This document shows, piece after piece, positions 38,865 through 51,358 of a stretch of 64,000 nucleotides of DNA (positions within the stretch are counted from its first letter, which is position 1; the number at the start of each line of letters is the position of its first letter). The stretch is from Setoptus koraiensis (lineage: Eukaryota > Animalia > Arthropoda), in contig CM106585.1 of assembly GCA_048013815.1 (NCBI GenBank), forward strand, positions 2,728,001 to 2,792,000. Reading direction: 5' to 3'. Under the pieces are notes generated by a model, which worked only from the letters and a program-made list of their open reading frames with translations, did not search any database and had not been told where the DNA came from. The position numbers were made by a program, and so were the translations under genes.

Positions 38865-40015
38865 GTTTGATATGGCCGGCGCCAGCCAACAGGCACAACG
38901 GGCAACAGCGGCGCCGGCAACTGCGCATAATGGTGATGAGTCATTATTCATGTGGATCACAAACAAACGGAAGCTGTCGCGCCACTGCTGCCTGTGACTG
39001 TCTGGCGCTCGTTGGGGCCCCGCGAGCCGCTCGAACCGTTCGAGGTTCGCCGTTCGAGGTTCGCAGTTCGCAGTTCGCAGTTCGAGCCATCGGAACAGTT
39101 CGGCGCGTTCGCAGCGTTCCAAGGGGGGACATTGTGATAAAAAATGCACGTTTGCAGCGCGACGAACGGAAGGCACTTTATGAAAAGTGATTAACGACGA
39201 CCACTGCCGTTCTCCTCATTTTGTCGCGCCGCGCTCGTCGTCATTTGCATCGCGAGTCGCGACAGCAGCGCCGCCAGATAAACGCTGTCGCGGCGTGTGC
39301 CATTCGAACGGGCGCGCCAACGAAACAGCCGATGGGGCCCCGTGCGCGTCTAATGGACTCATTGCGCAACTTTGCTCACTCGTCAGGCGCGGCCCGATCG
39401 GCAGACGGACCAACGGCGACGACGAGTCGATAAAAATAAAAATTTCTATCCGGATTAGCAGACAGGCAGGCAGGCAGGCAGGCAGACGACAATGAGACAA
39501 CGACATTCACACGTGCGACACGGGCCCAATATGGAAACCGTCGGCAGCCGGATAATTTCGCTGGCCTGGCAACTTATCGAGGGCAAAGAGTTGACAGCAG
39601 CTCAAGCACGAGCGGCGGATAATTGGCGCCCGCAACAGTCTTGCCAGGCTCAAGTGATCGGCAGACGTGATTAGTTTTTAATTAAAACTTTTTGTGTCCC
39701 ATCGCCGCACTCAACTGGCTGAGACGGGCCCCCGGTGTCGCGCACAGCGAACGCGCGCTGCCTCGCAAGCACGTGCGCGCCAATCTTGCCAGTTGGTTAG
39801 CTCACACACACGAGCAAAACGGCAGCCATTGTTTTGTTGTAAGGGTGACTCAAACACCTTGAGGACATATAGCTCCAGGTTGGCGGCACGTACACCTCAG
39901 GTCCGGCTGAGCGAGTCGTTTCGCCCGCTCGTTTAGTCACTTCATGATCGCGCTAGCGCGGCTGAGTGCTATAGCGCCGTTCGCGATCCATTTTAGCCGC
40001 TTAATCGACTGCACA

Positions 40016-40041
40016 GGCGACAAAGGGGCCCCTTTGTCGCC
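40016..40041. other. 26-bp perfect palindrome GGCGACAAAGGGGCCCCTTTGTCGCC
   Basis: Checked base by base; equals its own reverse complement and is centred on GGGGCCCC. Confidence 0.97.
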
Positions 40042-43000
40042 CGGCGTTTGCATACTTCGGATGCGTGGAGCGCCTCGGATGCGCCGAACGTCTCGAACGC
40101 CTCGAACGCTTCGGACGCTTCGGAGCCATCGAATGCCTCGATGGCAAAACAAACAACAATAATTGTTTGTTGATGAAGGCCGCCGTGTCTGAGGGCGCAC
40201 AATGCACTTTGCTCGCTCTCCGCTCTCTTGTCAAGTAATTAATATTCTCGACAAATATAACACTATTTGCTCTTTGGGCCCCTTGGTCGTCGTCGTGTGC
40301 TCGCTCGTCGTCGCTCCATTAATGCGCCGTGGCGCCCCCTGGCCGAATGTTTCCCATCGGGCCGTGCCTATCGGTTCAATAGGGAGCCAATTTTAAAATT
40401 ACCGGCTCACAGCACTCCCAAAACACAACGCATACGCAAATGCGGCACAGGCAGCGGCAGCGCTCGAGAATTGATTAACAGTTTATATTGTAGTGGGGGC
40501 CAAATGAAATAATAGCGACGACAAAAATCGATTAGACGCGCCGCTCCGACAAAGCCGTTAAAGCGCGCGTTAATTGTCAACGATTAAGCGATTAATAATC
40601 ATAAATGCATCCCGATAATCGCATGGCCACTTGTTTGCCTGGCCCGGCTCTATTTTGTGTCGTACACGCCAAAATAGAGCCAAAATAGAGCGAAAATAGA
40701 GCGAAAATCAATGGAGCAAGGAAGAGAACGCAAAATCGGATGATGGAGCCGCCGAAAAGTGGGCGCCAGTGACCCTAATGAACTTTTTGCTCGTCGTGTT
40801 TTTGTTCGCATGGCCGCTAATGGCGACATAGCTGGCATCGTTAGAGGCTGAATTAATGCGCTCAAAACTGCTTTTAACAAGTATTGTCGCCATAATTATC
40901 ACTGTTGGCTGGCTAGCTTTTAATTAATATTGTTGCGCCACGGCGGCCATCAGCCAGCAACAATTCACTTTGCAGTAACAATTGTTGTTGTTGTTGTTGT
41001 CGTTGTTGTCGCTGTGACACTCGCTCGGCCGACGACGCAATCAACTAACAACGCCAATCAATTCATACGCAACTTGCAACAAACTCTCTAAACCGGATGT
41101 TGGCGGGCATGCGATACGCGCGCAAATGTAAATTGATATTCGAGTGCCAGTCACTTGATTTTGGCATTAGCATTAGCGCGCTCGCTTCATTAGTCGCTTT
41201 GTGCCAACTTTGTGATATTATTCCCAGTTTTGCATTACTTGTTGTCGTGGCATGGATTGCGCGCCGATGAATTATCATCGACGCGATCTGTGCCATTTGT
41301 GCCATTTGTGTGATCTGTGCCATTTGTGCCACTTGTGCGATCTGCGCGATCTGTGCGATCTATGAAATTGGATTCAGATTTTGATTGCAGCGAGCACTTT
41401 TTGCCCCTCTCGTCTTATCCCTGCTCGTCCCTGCGCTGGCATGGGGCCCCCGCTCGGCAATTCGAGTGATCGATAATCACCGAGACGCACTTTTCTAATT
41501 GCCTCCAATGCGCGGCCCCCAACTGAAACAAAGTCGCCCATTAACGACAAAGTGCCCGCGCTCAAAATAATTAATTTGTCAGGCCAACAAACGGCGACCT
41601 TTGGCCCGTGTTGCGCAATATAGTTCAAAGTATGCCATGCGATATAGGCCTCGACACGCCGGCCAGCTCAAGTGGCTCGAGCCAATGTAGGCATGGGATG
41701 AGTGCCGTCAAGGCCGCTACCTGGGCAAGGCGCCATCTGGAGCTGGGGTCGCGAACTGGCGTCGTGAGTCACAAATGGCTAACTGACGGGCGCGACGATC
41801 AGGTTGTCGACATGCCAGCAGCGATGATTAAGCCAACGGCCGGTGTGTGGCTATCACTGGCCGGCTGACCGGCTGGCACACTCATGATTTAATTGGGCTG
41901 GCCGGCCGGCTCGGATTGGCCGGCTCTCGGTGTTGTCTGGGGCCCCGCGATGGTGGCTCGCGAATTGGCGAATTCGCGAATTAAACACGCCATATCAGCA
42001 ATACAATTACAATGATTATTAGCGACAGTATTCCCGATGCCGGCCAGTGTGCGTGTGCGTGTGAGGCCCAGTGTGGGCCCAATTGCAAACTGCCAACAGG
42101 CAAGTTAGAACTGCTTTGTTGAATTGGTGCCACCATGAATTAATACAAAGATTAAGATTGCTTATCACGTATCGCGTTGGGGCCCCGCGCACCGTTATGC
42201 CAGCGCCAGCGCAGCGTGGCGACTTTGAGGCGCCAGCGTCGAATGGTGGCACCACCGTTGCACCACGATCGCGCTAATATTAAACATTATACTACCTCGT
42301 GCGCCTTACGTAACCATATGTAACCGGCCCGCTGGCCGCCATGCAAACTCCCCACCAGTCTTGGCCTTGCCACTCGCCCACACAACTTACCTAGCGATCG
42401 GGGCCCCAGTTGAGGCCGATATTATTATATACTGGACAGTATTATTATATAGTATTATTATATAATATTGTTGTGTAATAGCATTGTATGATATTATGGC
42501 TTCTCTAATTCATCACTGGCCGCCAGCATTGCGACTTGCGTCCGCCGGGCGGCCACTCGCGTCAGTTGTAACGGGCCGCAACTTACGCCGGTTGCAACGG
42601 GCCCCAGCAACGGACATTAAGCGCAGGGGTGCCGGCCAAAGGTACCGGCGCTCAACGGCCACCACGAATAATAATAATAACAGGGCCCCCCCCCCCATTT
42701 AAGGTCGGCCAACCTTTGCCTAGATTGTTGGCAGTTTATTGGGCAGTTAAGAAACGATAAATATCGCATCGGCGCTAATATCAATGATATATGCCCATGA
42801 GAAAGAAGTGGGCGCCCGATGCCCGGCGCCCATATCGGCCAGCTTGATTTTCGACCTATTTTTGTGTGCGTACTGCGCTATTTCTTGAGATATCGTCCGA
42901 TATCGTGCGGAGCGACTTTGTCCAAAGTCGCCCGTGCCGGTCACGCCCGCAAAGGGCCGCAGAGCCCGCAAGAGGCGCGCCGCGCCCCGTACAACACGTG

Positions 43001-44826
43001 CGCAAGCCAGAACTGCCGGCCCGCCAGAAATGACAACCACACACCACGATCCAGGCAGCGAAATTCTTTAAATGGGGCCAGGGGCCCCGCTCATATTGGA
43101 ATGGCAATCAACACACGCACACGCACGCACCAGTATTATCACTGTTTACATCATAACGGCGCAGACAGACAGAATACCCAAATTGATAATAAAAGCCTGC
43201 CAGTGCGCCATCAAAAACTACTTATCCGTTTCTTAATGCTCGGCTCTTTCGCTCTGCTCTAATCTACACATTTACACACTTGCACACCATTGAAACACAC
43301 ACACACACACTACTGGCGCACACACTCACGCTGACCACTAGTGTTGTGTATTACGTAACATGTTGAATTTAGAGCCCATTGTTTGCCGGTGTCGCGTTAC
43401 GTAACAGTTGCAGTGACGCGCACTGCTGCGCGGGCATTAACAACCGGCCGGTGGCCAGATTTATTATCAGTTTACCTAGCTTGAGTGAGCCGGCCCATCG
43501 GCTGTGAACGCTGTTTGCGCCGACATTAGTGCCGCCGTTGTCGCCGCTGTTGTTGTCGCCGCTGTCGTTGTCGTTGTCGTCGTTGTCGCTGTTGTCAGTG
43601 GGGCCCGGCAGTAGCGGTGTCGATGTCGCCAATGTTGCGCCGTTGTTTGTTGACAAACATCAATCAAGGCGATGATGCGTGAATTGAAAAAGTAAAATCG
43701 CTCGCAGTTGCGCGTGCCCGTTGATCTTCAGGTGTCGCCTCGGTTGTCGTGTTTGTGCTCACGCCACGCTCGCGCGTTCGGCCAAGCTCGCACGAGTTCG
43801 GCCGGCACGAGTTTGGCCGGCACGAGCTCGGCCGGCACGAGTTGTGCGCCCGTGGCGAGCCGGCCTCTGGCTCGGCTTCGGTCGTGTGTGTGTGCGTGTG
43901 CTCGTGCCAGAGAATATTATCCAGATATTATAGATATGTTGCAGCCGAGCGGCAGCAGCAGCAACACAGAGGCCTAATAGAGGCTCGCTGGCGCGCGCTC
44001 TTGGGTAGCATTTTTCTGCGTTTTACTTTTTATTTTATCTCTTTTACATTTGCACACACTCGACACAGTGCGCACAATTGCAGTGGACACAATTTTGACA
44101 TTTTGACGCTCGATTTGCTTCGGCAAGTTTCGTCGTCTGCGAACACAGCGATTCGCTGCAAATGTTTAAAGTGTAAACTCGCCAACCAACGGCGCATTGG
44201 TCAGTTGTTGTTGTTGTTGGGCCGTGCCAACCTGACTCTCTTGGCCCATTTCATTTTTTGTCCGCTGCCATTGGGCCGCTCTTGGCCTGTTGGCTTTTTG
44301 GGCGCACTGGGCGCGTCTCGCATTGGCCGTTCGGGGTCCGGTCTGGTCATTTTGGCAAGTCCATTGTCATTAGAGCGAGCGTATAGGTCGTGGGCGAGCA
44401 GTGGACAGACAGCAGCATCAAAAGTGAGCCCAAGCGTATGAGGCCAATATCTGGTCGCTATATCCTGCTGCCGCTGCTGCCGTTATGTATGCTGTTATGT
44501 GTGCTGTTATGTGTGCTGTTATGTGTGCTCTAATATATGCTGTGATATAGCGGACAGGCTGCTGTGCTACAGCGGCGCACCTAGGGTCGTTCGCGCGCGA
44601 CTTGGGGCCCACTTAAACTTGCGAGCGGGGCCCCACATTTTACACTAACGTTTTACACTGGATTTTACATTGGGTCGAGGGGCGGCAGCTGGCGCACGGC
44701 AAGCAAGTGGCGGCGCTCGCGACTCGCTGATTGCCGCTACAATCGTAACTATTCATATGCCAGTGGACATCACCTAACTTGCGCCCAATATTCGGGCTTT
44801 CGACTTTCAATTTGCTGCAGCGACAA

Positions 44827-44886
44827 CTAGCGACGGCGACTAGCGACGGCGACTAGCGACGGCGACTAGCGACGGCGACTAGCGAC
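44827..44886. repeat. 13-bp tandem repeat x4.6 (CTAGCGACGGCGA)
   Basis: Units start at 44827, 44840, 44853, 44866 and 44879. Confidence 0.95.
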
Positions 44887-47690
44887 ACCAACCGGCAACA
44901 ACAACTAGCGATATCAAGTAGCGACAACCGGCAACAACCGGCACGACCAGCGCCACCAGCGACCAACAACTCGTGCACACGTATCGCGCGTGCTGCGCCG
45001 GGGTCAAGTGGTTATGATTTAATTTGACAACATCTGTCAGCGCGCACACTTTTGGCCGATCCGACCGAACGGGGCCCGTTGGCCGTCGAGCTGCCCAGAG
45101 CGGGGCCCGATCGGTCGGCCATCGGCTCGAGCGCGGCTCAGTTGCACAGGGCGATAATAATGACACTTGTGTGTCGCGCCAACAACAACAATAAGACGAA
45201 CAGGTTCAGCGGCAGGCGCAAATGTTATTATTAATTTAGAGCGGGCGCATTAGATTTATTTAGAGATTTGTAACGTTCATCGTCCGCCCGTCTGTGAAAA
45301 GTGGCAATTCAATTCTAGCGGCGCCCCCAACGATCAAATAACGGTCAGCTGTCGCGATTGGCCAACTTGGGCGACTTTGCGAGACTGCTCGCCCAGTTAT
45401 CTTCTCGTGCGCCACAAATTACTGTCACCAGCAATTGCATCAGCTTTGGCTGGCTGTAAATGGCAGCCTGGTGGCGAGTGTCAGCGACACTGGCCACTTA
45501 ACGGTATCGCTGAGCGTCTCGGAAGGGGCCAACACAATGTTGGCCCCACTCAAGCGAGCAGCAAATCGGCGACTCGTGCCAACAGAAGCGAAATAAAAAT
45601 TATTGTTTTCATCATCGCTAACAAGGTGTTGTGCAAACCGGAAGCGCATCAAATTATCCCCCGCACGCCAAAATGCCAGCGCGTGCTCGCTGGTCACGCC
45701 TGTGTCAACACATTCTGTACGAGTGCTGGGCCGCGCGCGGTTCTCACCGTGAGAATCTCACGGGCCCCACCGACGCCCAACATGCACAACATGCACAACG
45801 TACTGAGCGTGCACAGCGTAAGAAGTTGCCTGAGAATCGGTTGGTTTTTTGAGCTGGCACAGTGTTTTTGGCTTCGAGCGTCGCCACTTCGAGGCCCCGC
45901 CGCTCAGAAATCGGCGGCGCTCAGAAGCTGGCGGCGCCTCGGACGAGCTGATTGTTGACTAATAACAGTTGTGGCTTCTGATGGTGATGGCGCGCACGAC
46001 GCGCAGTGACTTTTTGTCACTCTGTTAAATTAGAGCCACTTTCCACCAGTTACGTAATGGATGCCACGTGGCTTACGTGTTGAAAATGTCTCACACTTAC
46101 CTATTTAGGCGGCACCTTCTCAGATTACCGCCGCTGCGCCGACGGCTGCCGTGCCGACGGCCCAAAAAAGAGCGCAGCCAGCTCGTCCCGTCGGCGGGCC
46201 GTCGCTCGCTTGCGGCCTGTTGCGGCCGAACCGCGGCCGCACGGGTCCGACGGGCCGCTCTCTGGCTGCAATTTGCACGCGCACCGCAAGCACGTGTAAA
46301 TTGCGGCCCGCTTGTGATACAAGCGGGCGCTCAGCGAAAGTGCTCAATTTATCATCAAATTCATTGTGTGTGCGTTACGTAACAATTACTACTAATCGTC
46401 GCATGCACTTCTCGTCGTCGGCGGCGTCGGCGTCCACAGCGTTATACTTTGCTGGCCATCGACGCAACCACGTTGCTCGTTGCGTGCACGGGACCCCGGC
46501 AAAAAGATGCGCCTTAAAAGATGCCTCTTATGTAACATAAGAGGCCGGGCGATAAATAGATATAAGATTATATTTATTTATGAGCGGCCCTGGCGGACAA
46601 TCTTGCACTTTGTTTGCAATTTGTTGTGCCAGTGCTGGGCAAATGTGTCCACCACTGTGGCACTGTCAGAATACTGGCCAGTGGCCACTATTAATTCAGT
46701 GGCCAATGTCAATATTTGAAAGTTGCAGCAATTGAAATTGTCGTGCGCACTCAATATTTGGCCAGTGGTCAGTTTGAAGTTGGTCGATTCACCTTAGCTG
46801 GACTTTGGCTCACATGAGCGCGCATTGTATGCAAATAGACTCATTGTTATAGATGCAAATATGAATATCAATTCAGCGTGGCAAATGGGAAAAACGACAA
46901 AAATGGGAGGCCAGCGCCAACAGACAGACGATCGATAGGTACAGCAGCTCCCATGCTCTCCCAATCCGAATGCCCGACAATGCCCGACAATGCTCGACAA
47001 TGCCCAATAATGCCCGATAATGCCCGATAATGCTCAATATGCTGGCTCCCATAATGGCCAATAACTAATGGCATTATAATGATAGGTGACGTATCAAGTG
47101 CCTGCGCCCACCGACCAGCGCCACCTATTTCTACGTGACACGTTATTATGTAATCCTATTACGCTCACCGCAACCATTTTTGTAGGCGTTTGTGCGTGCG
47201 TGTGTGTGTGGCACGACTTGTTATATAACTTGTGACTGCCAACTTTTGGCTGGCTTGCGCAATTGTGGGGCCCGCTCATTGGTAGGTGCCGGCGCCATTA
47301 TATCTATACGCCACTGCCATTGCGTAATATATACGTAATATGCCGCAGTGTACCGTTATATCGCAATACATCGCAATACATCGCAATACACCGCAATATA
47401 TCGTAATATATCGTAATAGGTGTGTGTGTGTGTGTGCATTACGTAATAATAATGCTCAATACATACTTGACAACACCGTTGGAAAACTTGCCGCTGCTGT
47501 TAGTACTATGTGTGCATTGCACGGGCAACTTATTGAGGCACGGCACGCTCGATGATTACGCAATACTTGAGCGTGCCGTGCCTCGCTAAGTTACGTGCGT
47601 CTCGATCGTCCGTTGGTCGTCTTGCCGACCACGACAACCTCTCGACAGGCGCCGTGAGCGGGGCCCCTGTGCCGGTTCTGTGCAGACTTT

Positions 47691-47792
47691 ATCTAGTGTG
47701 CATTCTCGATCTAGTGTGCATTCTCGATCTAGTGTGCATTCTCGATCTAGTGTGCATTCTCGATCTAGTGTGCATTCTCGATTTAGTGTGCA
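47691..47792. repeat. 18-bp tandem repeat x5.7 (ATCTAGTGTGCATTCTCG)
   Basis: Five identical units plus one partial unit, with no spacers. Confidence 0.97.
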
Positions 47793-49848
47793 GTCGTTAT
47801 GTGATGCAACTGGGCCCGCATAAACTGTGCGCTTTGTCGCCGGATCGCCGAGCCTGAGCCGGCGCACCTAGCGCCAAATGGAAAATGTGAGCAATATGAG
47901 GTGAGAGCGAGCGGGCGCCAAGTGGGCGCCCTCTCATTCTCTCGTTCTCTCGGCCCCACAAGCGAACAACAGCAACGACACCAGCAATTTATTGTTTATT
48001 TACTCCGATGGCGCGCTAATGAAGTTATGCAGCGCCCTCTCAATGGGCACCGATCAAGATGTAAATCGATCTGGCCTCTATCGGCGCCTAATAGCATACG
48101 TAATAATAGCACTGGCAATAACTGGCGATGAGCCGCCAATTTGAGTCAGTGTGCACGGCATTGGGAGCCGAAATGGCGCAGCACGAGCGCCAGTGTCGCG
48201 CTACCTGTCGGCCGGGCCGGAATCATCGAGAACGATGGTCGCTAATGGCCAACAAGTTCACATATACGACACCTAAACCCACTAAACCAACAACAGGGCC
48301 GGCTCAGCAAACAACTGGGCCAGCCAGCCAGACCAACGGGGCCAACGGGCCAATGGGGCCAGCAAATAGACAACGAGATTGCGTGTTACTGAATACCAAA
48401 TTAACCAACACAATGCACTTGTCCAGTGGCCGATAATTGATATTCACAGAGCACACAAGTTATGGCACGCAGCTCGTGTTATTGGGGGCCCGCTGGTTCG
48501 ATGGACTTTATAATGGCCGGCGCCATTAGTGCCGTTAAGTGCTGTCGCTGGCCGCTGGGCGCCGCCGTTGTGACCGGCCACTGAATAGCGCCACGATAAA
48601 TAAATAAATGAGCGCCAGTTTGATTGGTGATCTGTTTGAGGTAACAACCGGCCCCCGTTGCAGTGCCAGCGAGTGCAAGTGGCGCCACTGTTGCGATGCA
48701 TTAGAGCCAAACTGTGGAGCCCCTCGCAATCAGGCTGCACCTCGATACGAGTTAGTTTAGTTGCGTTTAGGTGCGAGAGGAGGCGAGAGTGCAACCGCAA
48801 ATATTGGCCAGCATTAAGGGGGGCCCAGTGGGCGCAAGTAAACATGCACATGAGCCAGTTAACAACTTGAGCAAACAAACTTGATAGTTGATATATCATT
48901 AGTTGCGGCGCAACGCCACCAGAGCTCGCCTGCTTGCTCGAGAGCCGCTTGAAATGTAGCCATTTACTCATCTCGCTCATTCTTTAAACCGGCCATTTAT
49001 TCCGGCTAGACCGACCGGCTGACCGAATGACCGACCGGCTGACCGACTGACCGACCGACACACCGATCAATCGTGGCCGGGCTGGGCGTGACCGGTCAGA
49101 GTGAGCGCGGCTCACTCTCAGCCTGAGAGTCTCAGGTGGTGACAGTGACAGGCAGGCGATTAGCGCCCATCCAACTGTCACATAACGCACATTACATAAT
49201 AGTTATGCTTGCGACAGTCGTGCGGGCTGCGCGCGATCGCGTAACGGGCCGCTCGGGCGACCAACTCAACGATGACTAATCAAGCCAGTGCCAGAAATTG
49301 ATCGAGTTACGTGGCTCGAAAACGCGGGCGTTATGTTCGCAATGCGTGCGATATGTGTGATGCGACACGCACACGCACACAACTTGGCCCCCGCTAACGG
49401 TCACACTAGGTAAACAACGGGCCCGAATGCCCGCTCACCGCCCAAAAGCCATTAACGCCCGAGACGCCTGTCAATGGGTTGGCCATGATTCAACTGGGGC
49501 CCCACGTTTTGCGAGCGGGCCCGACAGTTCGGCGAACGGGCCCGACAGTTTGCGAATGGGGCCCGGCGCGAGCCGAAAAGCGCCTCTGATATCCAACAGC
49601 CTCTACCTTTGGGGCGCCTTTGCAGCCGGCGATGGCTGTGACGGCAAGCGTGTAATCAACTTTTGCCGGTCGCCGCCCGACGCCCGACGCAGACACGAGA
49701 TGAGGCCGGCCATTGCGTAATCTTGGCGCTGGCGGTTAGCGGGCCGCCGCTCTGTCTAGGCGCCTCTTGCCCTGACTAACTCAGCGCCGACTTGTTGTCA
49801 CGACGAAGGCGCCGACCGGCGCCGACCGGCAACGGACGCCGCCGAACA

Positions 49849-49906
49849 GCAACCAAAGGCAGCGAGAGGCAACCAGAGGCAGCGAGAGGCAACCAGAGGC
49901 AGCGAG
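49849..49906. repeat. 20-bp tandem repeat x~3 (GCAACCAGAGGCAGCGAGAG)
   Basis: Period of 20 visible directly. Confidence 0.9.
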
Positions 49907-51358
49907 GGGACTGGACAGGAATGGCTTTGCGCGGCCCATGAATCATCATTCATGGCTGCTGGCGGCGGATCAAGCGCCCGCGAATAGACGCGGCTAAAAA
50001 GAAGCGTTCGCTGGATTAATCTAGGCCCATCCATCATTCTTGGCTTCATCATCTGCGTTGTGTGTGATGTCTCATAATTTCTAACCGATCATCGGGGCGC
50101 CTCCGTGAGAGCGCCCACTCATCTCGCTGGGCCGCATCTGTCTCTCACAAGAGCGAGTCCATCTAGCGTGCCGGTGCTAGCTCACTTGTGGTGGGGCGCC
50201 ACTGGCGCCGCTAGTGCCAGGTCAATAATAAAAGTTGATGAGATGACGTAACGAGAAGAAGAAGAAGAAAAAGAAGTGAATAACGGTGAATAAAGTGATA
50301 GGTGGAAAAACACGCCGCCCCCACACTGGCCCCCCCAGCCGACTAACTACCACAACTAACCGCATTAAAATATATATATATATATATAGCCGCCTCAAAT
50401 ATCCATATTGTGACTCAAGTATCGGCGTCACTTTTCGGCTAAGCGATGCATCAGCGACGCCCACCTCTGCGCTAATGGGGCCCCTGATGAAAGAAGCAGG
50501 CGCGAATTTCGGGCCAAAGCTCAGCCATTAGACCTAATAAATATACGACGTGATAAATATAGACTGAGATGGCTGGTTCGTGTGCTGCGCCGGCAACGCC
50601 AGTTATCTCACAACTTGTCAGTGAACCAATTGGCCGGTCGCGAGGTGCTATCTGGGGCCCCCGTCTTGAGGATCGGTCCACTGGTCAGGGCCATTATTAC
50701 GCTGAAAATAAGTCAGTGACAGTGTCGCCAAGTTGCGACTAATTTACAATTTCCATATTGGCGCATATCGGCGCTGCCAGCGACTATCAGTGACGCGTAA
50801 TTATTGTTTTATCGCCGGCTGCCTTTTGCGGCCCGACCAACCGCTGAACAATCATCAGGTGTCAGGCTGTCATTTGAATTTTGAGCGACTCCAAGAGTCA
50901 AATTACGTCATAGAGCGCGCGGCAAATTTATTTTGCGACGAGCTAATAACGCCATTTTGAGCGTAAATGAATCAGTTGGGGCCCGGCTCGCCCATCAGGC
51001 CGCCGTATAACACTTAACTGGTGGCGGCGACGAAAGATTATTTAATAACTCAGCAAATACAATTCAATTTAATAATTCAATTTTCTTCCTTGTCTGTTCA
51101 TCCAATATCGCCCCATCCACTACCCATTATGTATGAATCGTTGTGTGCTGTACGCAATGAATAAATCTTGTGCAAATTACTGAAATTTGAACGATAGCAG
51201 GGCAGCGCAAATGCGACACACTGCTGGCATATTATTTGCATATTGAATTTGCTCAAGTCGCTGTGTGACCACTAGATAAACGTGCTAGATATTGCGCAAC
51301 ACGAGTGCACCGCCACGAGACGCCCCGAGACGCCCCGAGACGACAACGCAGCAGGCCA

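Larger units (their letters stand above)
16514..47446. promoter_or_regulatory. Dispersed set of at least 20 TTACGTAA palindromes (PAR-bZIP/NFIL3-type consensus RTTACGTAAY)
   Basis: Starts at 16514, 17184, 17777, 19949, 21418, 21825, 21969, 23124, 24333, 29693, 33186, 34836, 37650, 38819, 42306, 43351, 43397, 46050, 46375 and 47439. 16 of the 20 have R..Y flanks. The motif is certain; its function is inferred. Confidence 0.55.

Noticed and set aside
47691-47792. CRISPR-like appearance of short direct repeats (also 27298, 32826)
   Set aside because: The units are head-to-tail with no unique spacers, there are no cas genes, and the context is eukaryotic.
8400-51300. Hundreds of 60-250 aa ORFs in the desert
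   Set aside because: They overlap in all six frames, consist of microsatellite-derived runs (poly-L/V/C/Q, HT repeats) and show no domains. This is expected in GC-rich, stop-poor sequence.
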